A stretch of 64,000 nt of DNA from Eledone cirrhosa. Taxonomy: Eukaryota. The notes beneath the pieces are model-generated. The model ran no database searches and was not told the origin of the DNA. It saw only the letters and a program-made list of their open reading frames with translations. The number at the start of each line of letters is the position of its first letter. Positions within the stretch are counted from its first letter, which is position 1. Position numbers and translations under genes: made by a program. Shown here one piece after another: positions 1 through 13,700 of the stretch. The DNA is taken from the NCBI GenBank assembly GCA_964016885.1, contig OZ024741.1, positions 189,038,001 through 189,102,000 of the forward strand, in the 5' to 3' direction.

Positions 1-79
1 GGCATTGAACCCTGAAACCACATGGCTGCAAAGCAGACTCTTATGTCAATACAATTTTATGATTTCTTTTATATATTTA

Positions 80-606
80 CTAGCAGTAAAGCCCGGCGTT
101 GCTCGGGGTCGCTCAGTAGCTGTGTTAAAGTTACAATGTTAAGTTTCTTTTTTGGCTTAAAAACTGTAGTGTCTACTGTGCAGACTTGCATGTGGTGTTT
201 TTGATTAATATTCCCTCAACCAACAATATGCCTTATGAAGTTAAGAAAACATAACGATAACCCGAATGTTATAACAAAAGAGGATGCTGGGGATAAAAAC
301 TGCACTGGTTATTTATTAACAAAGATCGAAAATGTAAACACTGCAACGCAGAGAAAAACAACGTAAGACGCTCAATGTAAACAGAACAAAGGGAAATAAC
401 TCGTCACTTACGCTAAAAAATCGATACATTAGATTCGATTTCGTCACATAGGGTGGGTCAATTTGAAATATTTTTTTTCCGATGTCTTCGCTAGGGCTCA
501 ATGTACAAGTATAGCAATTTCGGTGCAATTCTGTCAGAGATTCTAAGAGGAGATGTGTGCCAAAAATCGATAGACAGACAGACAACCACAGCTTTATATA
601 TATAGA
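80..606 (-). mobile_element. Non-autonomous Helitron
   Basis: On the minus strand it begins A|TCTATATATATAAAG (606). It ends with hairpin CCCGAGCAACGCCGGG followed by CTAG|T (80). No TSD. Confidence 0.8.
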
Positions 607-614
607 TTATAGTA

Positions 615-1920
615 ATAATAATAATAATTTCTACTATAGGCACAAGGCCAGCAATTTAGGGAGAGGGGAAAGTTGATTAAATAGACTCCCGTGCATTACA
701 GGTGCTTTATTTTGTCGACCCCATAAGGGTGAAAGGCAAAGCTAACCTCAGTGGGATTTGAACTCAGAACATAAAAGGGTCATACCTCTCTGCGCAACCC
801 TTTACGTAATGATTTATAATATAGGTACAAGGCCAGCAATTTGCTGGACGAGGAATATTGACCCTAGTACTTTACTGGTACTTTATGTTATTAACCCTTG
901 AAGAATGAAAGGCAATATAATGTACTGTAACTAAATCCTGCAAAGCATTATGTCTGACACTAAAAATTCTGCAAATCCAAATAACGATATTTTCAAATTT
1001 AGGCCCAAGGCCACCAGTTTTGGGGTGAGAGGACAAGGCCACCAGTTTTGGGGTGAGAGGACAAGGCCACCAGTTTTGGGGTGAGAGGACAAGGCCACCA
1101 GTTTTGGGGTGAGAGGACAAGGCCACCAGTTTTGGGGTGAGAGGAATGTTGAGTAAAACAAATCCCAGTATTTGACTGGTGCTTTATTTTAATGACTCCA
1201 GAAGAATAAAAGGCAAAGTTGACTCTGGCAGGAATAATTTTGATAATATTGATAATGTCTTTATTGGCCACTAGAACTGAAAACATTAAGGACACTACAG
1301 ATAAACAAGGGCAGTAGGGATTCACATAAAATAATCGAAAAGAAAAACAGTTAACATTCTAGCAATAAATTAATAACAAATGAATTCCCCCTGTAGGGGG
1401 TTATGCATGCATGCCCTCATGCACTGCAAGCAGCACGTTGAGCTGGTGCTTATCCCAGTTTCCATGTATCTTCCAACCAGGATTGATCCCCAGACCAGGA
1501 TCTCCACTGTCTCTAATACCTGTGGGGGCTTAGGAACCCCTCAAATCAAAGATCACCCTAAACACCAAGGACACCATAAACAGGTGCCTCTATTATACTT
1601 AGAGTGGGTCCATTCACTCAGACCATTCTTGCTACATTCACCCTCCTTTAAAAAAATATATTATGAGGCAACACTTCCTTTGAAAATGTTGATGATAATA
1701 ATGCTTTCTGATTTTGGCACAAGACCAGCTTTAATAATTGTTTTTACTTTTTGGCACAAGGCCAGCAATTATCCCAGTGCATTACTGGTACTTTATTTTA
1801 TTGACCCCTTAAGGATGAAAGGCAAAACTAGCCTCAGTGGGATTTGAGTGTAAAGGGCCATAACACAATGCCATAAAGCATGTTTCCCGACACTCTACCA
1901 ATACTGACAATCCAACAACA
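615..1920 (-). mobile_element. Cluster of tRNA-derived SINE family A copies and fragments, plus a Tx1-like LINE 3' end (~1250-1330)
   Basis: Repeated ggcacaaggccagcaatt...ggtactttattttatcgaccc...gatgaaaggcaaagtt...gggatttgaactc (B-box on the minus strand), with (AAT)n tails. Confidence 0.75.
1006..1145. repeat. 28-bp tandem repeat x5 inside a SINE
   Basis: Unit caaggccaccagttttggggtgagagga, 5 identical copies. Confidence 0.95.
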
Positions 1921-1924
1921 CTAA

Positions 1925-4390
1925 TAATAATGATTTCTTTATTAGCCACATTAAGGAAACATTAAAGACAATACAGGACGATACAGTGTGGGTTTTCCTT
2001 TGTGTAAAATAAAATTTATAACAGAGACTAAGACAATAAATATTTAAAACAAACATAACAACTTCCCCAAAGTTGAGGAGACTCTAAGGGTCACTTGTGT
2101 AGAAATCCCGCAAAAACTGTGGTTAGCCTGTCTGCTAGGGTAAAGTGCTCTCTCCCAGTCCTACTCCAATCTACAGGTGTATACTCAAGGAAGGCCCATT
2201 CACACGGACCATGCCCACCTCTCTCACCCACCTTACAACAAACTGGTTGGAAGGCAGCACTTCCTTCTCCACCCTGATTTTCCTCTTTAAGTGAAATAGT
2301 TAATCAGGGCTTTGCCAAAGAGGAAGATGGCTGTCTTCAACCCTTTCGAACACGTTCACCATATGACCTCTTTCGCCATGGCCACCAGGCAGATAAAAAC
2401 TTCCCCTCTAAATGGACTCAGTTGATAGTCGGATCTGTCCTACACGTGACAGCAGGTGCTCAACATAAAAACCACAGGTCAGCAATATTTGGACACTCGA
2501 CGAGTGCGTGCAGAATGGTTTCATCGCCCTGCGTGCACCTTGGACAGGCTCGATTGCCGACACTGGCAAACTGGCAAAGCTGCTTGGTAGCACTGCCAGG
2601 CCAGGGGTTTCTGGAAGTTGTCCATGAACCCTGGCCCAAAAGTTCTCCCAAAGAGATTTGCTAGTTGATTTTCATCGGCATCCAGAGTCTCCCCAAGGAT
2701 GTCGATCCTCTTTCCCTCCACTAACCCTCTATAGAATGCCAAGGTGGAGTTTCCACCGATTGCAGCGCCCGATTGGTCAAGGGCTGTGAGCGCCTGAAGC
2801 CATTCCAGTCTCCAAATACTTTCAGTCTTCACTTGACCCAGGACTGCAGCTCTCTCAATGAGACAAGCTGGGGAAACATGTCTAGCAAATGGCAACCACA
2901 CCTGATCACCATCGAGGAAGAGGTGGAGATGCCATAGCCTCAGCGGATGTCTGCGCATCATCAACCACGGCATGCCCAGCCCTCCACATAGTGGGTGTTG
3001 AGAGCAGATGGACCACCTGACCATCGGAGTGCATCCCTTGCACAAAATGCCAAAGAGCAGACGCTCCAGTGCAATCAGGTGAAGCTTAGGACAAGGCACA
3101 GCGGTCAGGCAGTAGTAGATGATGGACATAATGTATCTGTTCGCCACCTCTGCCCGGCCTTTCAAGGATAGTTTCCTCTCAGCCCATTTTTGGGTGAGTG
3201 AAGCCACCTTGAATGTTACCTCATCCCAGTTTTTGTCCATCTGGAGGGCCGGTCCAAACCAGACTCCAAGTAATTTAACCGTTCTGTCTGTCCAGCGCCC
3301 GACAATGCTGTTGGACAGCATGGACCTGCCACTCCAGGTGCCAAGCTGCAGGCCCACCAACTTTTCCTGGTTGATTTTTGCTCTTGTTACCACTTTATAA
3401 TCCCTGAGAGTGGTGCCAATCATCTCAATGTATTTAGTGCTCAACACCACTACTAGTTTGCACAGGATGCCCCTCAAAGTCTCCAATTTGTGTATTAATG
3501 GCTCAAGAGTGAATACATACAGGAATGTGGCCGTTCAATCTAATCACAGAGCAGATGTCGCTGTGCATTGCAGTGATCCTGCTCCTAAAAACGGGTCCAA
3601 AGCCTGCTGCTTTGAAGACAGCTGCAAGGTAGCAATGGTCGACCCTATCGAAGGCCTTCGATTGATTTGAATTAATCAGAGCCCCACCCGTGCCAGGTTC
3701 CTTAGCCACCCTCTCTATGATGTATCGCGTGAGGTGGAGGTTGTCATGGATGGACCTGTCCAGAATGGCACATGTTTGCACCTCCCCTACCAGATTATTG
3801 CCAACAAGTGCCAACCTCATTGCTAATACTTTGGCCAAAATTTCAAACTCTGCATTTACCAGAGTTATGGGCCTGAAATTGTCTATATGGTCCCCCTTGT
3901 TCAAGTCCTTTCTTAGCAGTGATACAACCTCTTGACTCACAGGACTGGGAATTCTCCTGTTCTGCTGCCAATTGGCATAAACATCGGCTACAATGTCGCT
4001 GAACAAGTCTGGCATGTTTGTGTAAAGCTTGTAGGTTAGACCATCTAAGCCAGGCAATTTGCCCTTTGTGCAACTTGCCATTATGTCCCAATATTTCCTC
4101 GGCTCTTATCGGTTTTTCGCAACACTTCACCTCCCTCACCGAGAGCCGTGGAAGGCCATTGAGATAGGCTCTGAAATCCATCCCTCAGACCAACCCGCCA
4201 CTGCTTCCGAACATTTGAATGAAGTGTTGCTGGAAGACCTTGCACATCTGCTTGGGATCAAGTACCATGACCCCATTGTGGTCCTCCAGGTGACCCTGCT
4301 TCCAAGATGATCCCAGAGCACATGCATTTACACTGCCTAGCTTGAAAGAAGTTATGTTTGATGAAGAACAAGTAGGGAAGGCCACCTACC
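1925..4390 (-). mobile_element. Degenerate Tx1/L1-clade LINE ORF2 (RT and C-terminal zinc motif), 5'-truncated
   Basis: Frameshifted peptides PGLDGLTYKLY, NFRPITLVNAEFEILAKVLA, SKAFDRVDH, KLLGVWFG, GGLGMP, CPRC..ETILHALVECP. 3' end aataaagaaatcattattatt. Confidence 0.85.
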
Positions 4391-4614
4391 TTAATCTTTT
4401 TTAGGAAAGACGGTTGTTCCGTCCCCCTGGTCACATGTTGGTTCGTTTGCAAGTATGTCTCCATATATCCTTCTGGAGAGTGTCCTTCGGTATTCACCGA
4501 TTGCCTCGGGGAATTTTGTTGTTGTGTCAAAATTTTCTTACGATTGTTGCTAAAGAAACAAAATTTAAAAGACTTACCAGTGGTAAAGATAGTGTGGCAT
4601 TCCCTCATGTGAAT

Positions 4615-4810
4615 AATAATAATTGTTTCCACTTTTGGCACAGGGCCATCAATTACTCAGTACATTACTGGTACTTTATTTTATTGACCCCGTAAGGATG
4701 AAAGGCAAAGTTAACCTCGGCGGGATTTGAACTCAGACCGTAAAGGGACATAACTATGCTGGAAAGCATGGCGTCCGACCTTATACTGATACTGCCAATC
4801 CACCGCCCTT
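4615..4810 (-). mobile_element. SINE family A, full length
   Basis: Near-identical to copies at 17845, 22505, 43845 and 51920. Flanked by (AAT)n. Confidence 0.85.
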
Positions 4811-5171
4811 AATAATAATAATAATGATTTCTGTCCACTGTAAAGTGGTCATGTAGATGACACAACAAAAAGTACCCAGTCCACACTGCAAAGTGGTTGT
4901 TTAAGAGACATGGTAAAAAGGATCCCAGTCCACACTGTAAATGTGGTTGGTGTTAGGAAGGGCATCCAGCTATAGAAAAACTGCCAGAAACAGTTCTGTA
5001 CGAGCAAGACACAGTCTCCCAACTAATCTCACCTCAAGTGGGACGAACCCGTCCAACCCATGCTAGCGTGGAAGGTGGACATTAAACAATGATGATGATG
5101 ATGATGATTTCTTATATTTGCATAAGTGCATCAGAATAATAGTAATAATAATGTTGATGTATATTTATTAG

Positions 5172-5338
5172 ACCATAATCATGACAAGTCTAACCAAAAG
5201 AAGAAGAGGAGTGTATGGTGCTTTAGTTGGTAAAACTGCCATCATATTTGTTGATGATATGAATATGCCTGCTAAAGAGGTGTATGGGGCTCAACCTCCA
5301 ATTGAACTACTTCGACAATACTTGGACCATGGACACTG
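5172..5338 (+). CDS. DNAH12: Axonemal dynein heavy chain, window exon 1 (AAA3 Walker B)
   Basis: ag|ACC...TG|gtaag; [56 protein letters not shown]; 167 nt, phase 0/2. Confidence 0.93.
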
Positions 5339-5516
5339 GTAAGATTGAACCCCTCATTGAAGGGGTTATTACACTTATTTTATGTATTTATTCTTTTCTG
5401 TTCTTTCTTTTTTTTTGTTTTAAATTCATTCATTTTTGTAGATTCATTCATTGTCCAACAGATACAAAACGCTGATGATGAAGAAGATAAATTGTTTTCT
5501 ATTGTTAAATTGCATT

Positions 5517-5710
5517 TCTTCTTCTTCTTCTTCTTCTTCTTCTTCTTCTTCTTCTTCTTCTTCTTCTTCTTCTTCTTCTCCTTCTTCTTCTTCTTCTCCT
5601 TCTTCTCCCCCTCCTCCTCCTCCTCCTCCTCCTCCTCCTCCACTTCCTCCTCCTTCTTCGTCTCCTCCTCCTCCTCCTTCTTCTTCTTCTTCTTCTCTCC
5701 CCTCCTCCTC
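5517..5710. repeat. (CTT)n/(CCT)n microsatellite, tail of the adjacent RTE LINE
   Basis: Pure pyrimidine trinucleotide run directly at the LINE 3' end. Confidence 0.95.
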
Positions 5711-7350
5711 CATGAGAAGGTCATGGGGCAGAGTCTTCAAACAATCCTTCCAGCGGGTCCCGTCAGAAGCAACCATTTCCAGCTGATCTGGCTGGATCCC
5801 CAAGCGAGACCTGCCAAGCTCATTGATGTTATCCAACCATCTTACTTGGGATCTACCCCTGGGTCCCCTATCTGTTGGTTTTGCTCATAAATTCTGTCCA
5901 GTGATTCTGTCCTGAGACATTCTAACCACATGCCCATAGTATTGGAGCTGTGATCTCTCAATTTGGAGAAGTAATGGCTCTACCTGGAGTGAATCTCTGA
6001 GCTATGTACTCTATCAAGTAACGTTACTCTAAAGACCCTTAGAAGGAACCCTATATCTGCCACTTGTATTTGGGATCATATTCAGTCATTACCCAAGATT
6101 CATGACCATATGTGTGGGTTGTCACGAATATGGAATTTAAGATAGCTTTTATGCCTACCTCCCTTCTTCTGATTATCGAATGCTGAAGCTGGTGCATTAC
6201 TGCATTACTTAATTCAGCCTGCTGCCTTCTATCACTCGTGGACATTGCTCCAAGATACTTGTCGTTTTCTATCTGCTTCAGTGGAACTCCATTCACAAGT
6301 AGAGTGAACTGTGCAGGCTTCCTTGAGAGGACAAGTGTCTCAGTTTTTGCAGCTCTGATTTTCATCCCAGCCATTCAGCACTCAGCATCAAACCTATGAA
6401 GTGCAAGTCGGAGATCACCTTCTGTTGAGTTAAGTAACACCATGTTGTCTGCAAATTCCAGCTGACTGATTTTATACCCACCAGCCATGATACCACTTCC
6501 AACCCAACTGCACATTTCAATCCTGTTCATGTAAATAATGAATAGGATTCCAACTCCCACATTGAATGGCTTTGATTTAGCACCATTTACCCAAACACAA
6601 ATATTTGGACATTTGTATAGAGACATCAGGGCAGCAAGAAGCTGACCATCGATCCTATACTCCTGCACAACCATCCACAGCAGATGCCAAGGAATGTGGT
6701 CATATGCCTTTTCAAGGTCGACAAAACAAGAATATACCTCTTTGTAATACTCCCATGATTTCTCGAAGACCTTCCGCAGTGTGAATATTTGGTCAGCTTT
6801 GCTGCATCCGGAGTGAAAACTGCATTGTTCATCAGCTAGCTTGGACAATCTCTCTTCATCTCTTTGCATAGACTTTAACGTAGGCGTTACCGGAGAGGCT
6901 TAACAAAGCGATCCCTCTGTAATTGAAACAATCTCTCTTGTCTCCCTTTTTGAAAATTGGGATTATCACTCCCAATTGGTATTGCTTAGGTGCCTTTCTA
7001 GGGATCCAGGTCACCTGTTACACATGAGACAGCCACAGAGAATACCTTCTCTATTTAAGGCTTTTAATATCTCATGCTGGATTTCATCTTCCCCAGTGGC
7101 CTTGACACATTTGTGCTCTTGTGAGCTCAGCCTCTGAAAGATTAGTCACTGCTCCCAGCTGCATCTTGTGTACATCAAAAGATGCTGTTGTGATTGAGAT
7201 TAGGAGATAAGCAATGTATTCTCTCCACCTCACAAGCATGCACCTCTAACAAGAAAGGAGAACACTACACTTTATTTGCTGATCTGAAGTTGGATTCCAG
7301 TTTAAACCAAAGTCCTCCATGTCTTAATTTTGGATGCCTTTACCGTTGAT
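5711..7350 (-). mobile_element. Degenerate RTE-clade LINE (RT region to 3' end)
   Basis: DQIFTLRKVFEKSWEY, CFVDLEKAYDHIP, LEFADNMVLL, KYLG, TYGHESWVMTE, with frameshifts. Confidence 0.85.
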
Positions 7351-7761
7351 TTAGTTTTCTTTATCTAACTATTTATCTTATATTTTGTGGGTGTCCTAGG
7401 TAGTCTAGTAATCATTTAAGTGAGATTTGATTGGGAACATTCTAATTGTTACCCAACAATACTGAATTTGCTCCATAATAACCATCATTATTATCACCTC
7501 AACCACCATCATCATCAGCATCATCATCACCATCATGATCACCTTCACCCCGGTCATCATTATCACCAGCGCCATCTTCATATGTACAGGCATGATCCAG
7601 CATCCCTGTGATCAAAATGTTTCAGGCATTGTGTTTTTTAGGTATACTTTATCTAAGTCTTCATTATTTTTCTAAGAAAGTATTGTATGTTTTGAGAGAA
7701 TGCAGGTTTGCTGTTTCTAGAAGAGCAAGTGATTATGCACAGATCCCTTGCAAATTGTGGG

Positions 7762-10700
7762 TTAGTACTAAATGTAATATAGTGTCAGATGTAAATGTAA
7801 TATAGTGTCAGTAGTAAATGTAATATAGTAAATGTAATATAGTGTTTAGTAGTAAATGTAATACAGTGTCATCAGTAGTAAATGTGATATAGTGTCTGTA
7901 GTAAATGTAATATAGTGTCTGTAGTAAATGTAATATAGTGACAATAGTAAATGTAATATAGTGTCTATAGTAAATGTAATATAGTGTCTGTAGTAAATGT
8001 AATATAGTGTCAGTAGTAAATGTAATATAGTATCTGTAGTAAATGTAATATAGTGTCAGTAGTAAATATAATATAGTCTCTGTAGTAAATGTAATACAGT
8101 GTCAGTAGTAAATGTAATATAGTGTCAGTAGTAAATGTAATATAGTGTCTGTAGTAAAGGTAATATAGTGTCAATAGTAAATGTAATATAGTGTCTGTAG
8201 TAAATGTAATATAGTGTCTGTAGTAAATGTAATATAGTGTCAGTAGTAAATGTAAAATAGTGTCTGTAGTAAAGGTAATATAGTGTCAATAGTAAATGTA
8301 ATATAGTGTCTGTAGTAAATGTAATATACTGTCTGTAGTAAATGTAATACAGTGTCAGTAGCAAATGTAATATAGTGTCAGTAGGAAATGTAATATAGTG
8401 TCTGTAGTAAATGTAATATAGTGTCAGTAGTAAATGTAATATAGTGTCTGTAGTAAATGTTATATAGTGTCAGTAGTAAATGTAATATAGTGTCAGTAGT
8501 AAATATAATATATTGTCAGTAAGAAATGTAATTTAGTGGCTGTAGTAAATGTAATATAGTGTCAGTAGTAAATGTAATATCGTGTCAGTAGTAAAGGTAA
8601 TATAGTGTCTGTAGTAAATGTAATATAGTGTCTGTAGTAAATGTAATATAGTGTCTGTAGTAAATGTAATATAGTATCAGTAGTAAATGTAATATAGTAT
8701 CAGTAGTAAATGTAATATAGTGTCAGTAGTAAATTTAATATAGTGTCAGTAGTAAATGTTATATAGTTTCAGTAGTAAATGTAATATAGTGCCAATAGTA
8801 AATGTAATATAGTGTCTATAGTAAATGTAATATAGTGTCAGTAGTAAATGTAATATATTGTCTAGTAAATGTAATATAGTGTCATTAGTAAATGTAATAT
8901 AGTGTCAGTAGTAAATGTAATATAGTGTCCATAGTAAATGTAATATAGTGTCAGTAGTAAATGGAATATAGTGTCTGTAGTAAATGTAATACAGTGTCAG
9001 TAGTAAATGTAATATAGTGTCAGTAGTAAATATAATATAGTCTCTGTAGTAAATGTGATACAGTGACAGTAGTAAATGTAATATAGTGTCTGTAGTAAAG
9101 GTAATATAGTGTCAATAGTAATTGTGATATAGTGTCTGTAGTAAATGTAATATAGTGTCTGTAGTAAATGTAATATACTGTCTGTAGTAAATGTAATATA
9201 GTGTCTGTAGTAAAGGTAATATAGTGTCAATAGTAATTGTAATATAGTGTCTGTAGTAAATGTAATATACTGTCTGTAGTAAATGTAATATACTGTCTGT
9301 AGTAAATGTAATATAGTGTCTGTAGTAAATGTAATATAGTGTCAGTAGTAAATGTAATATAGTGCCAATAGTAAATGTACTACATAGTCAGTAGTAAATG
9401 TAATATAGTGTCTGCAGTAAATGTAATACAGTGTCAGTAGGAATTGTAATATGGTGTCAGTAGTAAATGTAATATAGTGTCAGTAGTAAATGTAATATAG
9501 TGTCTGTAGTAAATGTTATATAGTGCCAGTAGTAAATGTAATATAGTGTCTAGTAAATGTAATATAGTGTCATTAGTAAATGTAATATAGTGTCAATAGT
9601 AAATGGAATATAGTGTCTGTAGTAAATGTAATACAGTGTCAGTAGTAAATGTAATATAGTGTCAGTAGTAAATGTAATACAGTTTCTGTAGTAAATGTAA
9701 TATAGTATCTGTACTAAATGTAATATAGTATCTGTAGTAAATGTAATATAGTGTCAGTAGTAAATCTAATATAGTGTCTGTAGTAAATGTAATATAGTGT
9801 CAGTAGTCAATGTAATATAGTGTCAGTAGTAAATGTAATATAGTGTCTGTAGTAAATGTAATATAGTGTCATTAGTAAATGTAATATGGTGTCAGTAGTA
9901 AATGGAATATAGTGCCAGTAGTAAATGTAATACAGTGTCTGTAGTAAATGTAATACAGTGTCAGTAGTAAATGTAATAAAGTGTCTGTAGTAAATGTAAT
10001 ACAGTGTCGGTAGTAAATGTAATACAGTGTCTGTAGTAAATGTAATATAGGGTCAGTAGTAAATGGAATACAGTGTCTGTAGTAAATGTAATATAGTGTC
10101 AGTAGTAAATGTAATATAGTATCTGTAGTAAATGTAATATAGTGTCTGTAGTAAATGTAATATAGTGTCTGTAGTAAATGTAATATAGTATCAGTAGTAA
10201 ATGTAATATAGTATCAGTAGTAAATGTAATACAGTGTCTGTAGTAAATGTAATATAGGGTCAGTAGTAAATGTAATATAGTGTCAGTAGTAAATGTAATA
10301 TAGTGTCTGTAGTAAATGTAATATCGTGTCTGTAGTAAATGTAATATAGTGTCTTTAGTAAATGTAATATAGTATGAGTAGTCAATGTAATATAGTGTCT
10401 GTAGTAAATGTAATATAGTGTCAGTAGTAAATGTAATATAGTGTCAGTAGTAAATGTAATATAGTGTCTGTAGTAAATGTAATATAGTGTCAGTAATAAA
10501 TGTAATATAGTTTCAGTAGTAAATGTAATATAGTGTCAGTAATAAATGTAATATAGTGTCAGTGGGAAATGTAATTTAGTGTCTGTAGTAAATCTAATAT
10601 AGCGTCAGTAGTAAATGTAATATCGTGTCAGTAGTAAATGTAATATAGTATCAGTAGTAAATGTAATATAGTGTCAGTAGTAAATTTAATAGTATCTGTA

Positions 10701-13700
10701 GTAAATATAATATAGTGTCTGTAGTAAATGTAATATAATGTCAGTAGTAAATGTAATATAGTGTCAGTAGTAAATGTAATATAGTCTCAGTAGTAAATGT
10801 AATATAGTGTCAGTAGTAAATGTAATTTAGTGTCTGTAGTAAATGTAATACAGTGTCTGTAGTTTATGTAGTATAGTGTCAGTAGTAAATGTAATATAGT
10901 GTCAGTAGTAAATGTAATATAGTGTCTGTAGTAAATGTAATATAGTGTCAGTAGTCAATGTAATATAGTGTCAGTAGTAAATCTAATATAGTGTCTGTAG
11001 TAAATGTAATATAGTGTCTGTAGTAAATGTAATATAGTGTCAGTAGTCAATGTAATATAGTGTCAGTAGTAAATGTAATATAGTGTCTGTAGTAAATGTA
11101 ATATAGTGTCAGTAGTAAATCTAATATAGTGTCTGTAGTAAATGTAATATAGTGTCAGTAGTCAATGTAATATAGTGTCAGTAGTAAATGTAATATAGTG
11201 TCTGTAGTCAATGTAATATAGTGTCAGTAGTAAATGTAATATAGTGTCTGTAGTAAATGTAATATAGTGTATGTAGTAAATGTAATATAGTGTCAGTAGT
11301 AAATGTAATATAGTACCTGTAGTAAATGTTATATAGTGTCTGTAGTAAATGTAATACAGTGTATGTAGTATATGTAGTATAGTGTCAGTAGTAAATGTAA
11401 TATAGTGTCACTTGTAAATGTAATATAGTGTCTGTAGTAAATGTTATATAGTGTCAGTAGTAAATGTAATATAGTGTCTAGGAAATATAATACAGTGTCA
11501 TTAGTAAATGTAATATAGTGTCAGTAGTAAATGTAATATAGTGTCAGTAGTAAATGTAATAAAGTGTCAGTAGTAAATGTAATATAGTGTTAGTAGTAAA
11601 TGTAATATAGTGTCTGTAGTAAATGTAATACAGTGTCTGTAGTATATGTAATATAGTGTCAGTAGTAAATGTAATATAGTGTCAGTAGTACATGTAATAT
11701 AGTGTCTGTAGTAAATGTAATATAGTGTCTGTAGTTATATGTAATATAGTGTCAGTAGTCAATGTAATATAGTGTCAGTAGTAAATGTAATATAGTGTCA
11801 GTAGTAAATGTTATATAGTGTCTGTAGTAAATGTAATATAGTGTCTGTAGTAAATGTAATATAGTGTCTGTAGTAAATGTAATATAGTGTCAGTAGTAAA
11901 TGTAATATAGTTTCTGTAGTAAATGTGATATAGTGTCTATAGTAAATGTAATATAGTGTCTCTAGTAAATGTAATATAGTGTCTGTAGTAAATGTAATAT
12001 AGTGTCTGTAATAAATGTAATATAGTGTCTGTAGTAAATGTAATACAGTGTCAGTAGCAAATGTAATATAGTGTCTGTAGTAAATGTAATATAGTGTCAG
12101 TAGTAAATGTAATATAGTGTCTGTAGTAAATGTTATATAGTGTCAGTAGTAAATGTAATACAGTGTCAGTAGTAAATATAATATATTGTCAGTAAGAAAT
12201 GTAATTTAGTGGCTGTAGTAAATGTAATATAGTGTCAGTAGTAAATGTAATATCGTGTCAGTAGTAAAGGTAATATAGTGTCTGTAGTAAATGTAATATA
12301 GTGTCTGTAGTAAATGTAATATAGTGTCTGTAGTAAATGTAATATAGTATCAGTAGTAAATGTAATATAGTATCAGCAGTAAATGTAATATAGTGTCAGT
12401 AGTAAATTTAATATAGTGTCAGTAGTAAATGTTATATAGTTTCAGTAGTAAATGTAATATAGTGCCAATAGTAAATGTAATATAGTGTCTATAGTAAATG
12501 TAATATAGTGTCAGTAGTAAATGTAATATATTGTCTAGTAAATGTAATATAGTGTCATTAGTAAATGTAATATAGTGTCAGTAGTAAATGTAATATAGTG
12601 TCCATAGTAAATGTAATATAGTGTCAGTAGTAAATGTAATATAGTGTCTGTAGTAAATGTAATACAGTGTCAGTAGTAAATGTAATATAGTGTCAGTAGT
12701 AAATATAATATAGTCTCTGTAGTAAATGTGATACAGTGACAGTAGTAAATGTAATATAGTGTCTGTAGTAAAGGTAATATAGTGTCAATAGTAATTGTGA
12801 TATAGTGTCTGTAGTAAATGTAATATAGTGTCTGTAGTAAATGTAATATACTGTCTGTAGTAAATGTAATATAGTGTCTGTAGTAAAGGTAATATAGTGT
12901 CAATAGTAATTGTAATATAGTGTCTGTAGTAAATGTAATATACTGTCTGTAGTAAATGTAATATACTGTCTGTAGTAAATGTAATATAGTGTCTGTAGTA
13001 AATGTAATATAGTGTCAGTAGTAAATGTAATATAGTGCCAATAGTAAATGTACTACATAGTCAGTAGTAAATGTAATATAGTGTCTGCAGTAAATGTAAT
13101 ACAGTGTCAGTAGGAATTGTAATATGGTGTCAGTAGTAAATGTAATATAGTGTCAGTAGTAAATGTAATATAGTGTCTGTAGTAAATGTTATATAGTGCC
13201 AGTAGTAAATGTAATATAGTGTCTAGTAAATGTAATATAGTGTCATTAGTAAATGTAATATAGTGTCAATAGTAAATGGAATATAGTGTCTGTAGTAAAT
13301 GTAATACAGTGTCAGTAGTAAATGTAATATAGTGTCAGTAGTAAATGTAATACAGTTTCTGTAGTAAATGTAATATAGTATCTGTACTAAATGTAATATA
13401 GTATCTGTAGTAAATGTAATATAGTGTCAGTAGTAAATCTAATATAGTGTCTGTAGTAAATGTAATATAGTGTCAGTAGTCAATGTAATATAGTGTCAGT
13501 AGTAAATGTAATATAGTGTCTGTAGTAAATGTAATATAGTGTCATTAGTAAATGTAATATGGTGTCAGTAGTAAATGGAATATAGTGCCAGTAGTAAATG
13601 TAATACAGTGTCTGTAGTAAATGTAATACAGTGTCAGTAGTAAATGTAATAAAGTGTCTGTAGTAAATGTAATACAGTGTCGGTAGTAAATGTAATACAG

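Noticed and set aside
5345-5890. Poly-Glu/Lys/Phe/Ser ORFs
   Set aside because: Translation of the (CTT/CCT)n LINE tail.
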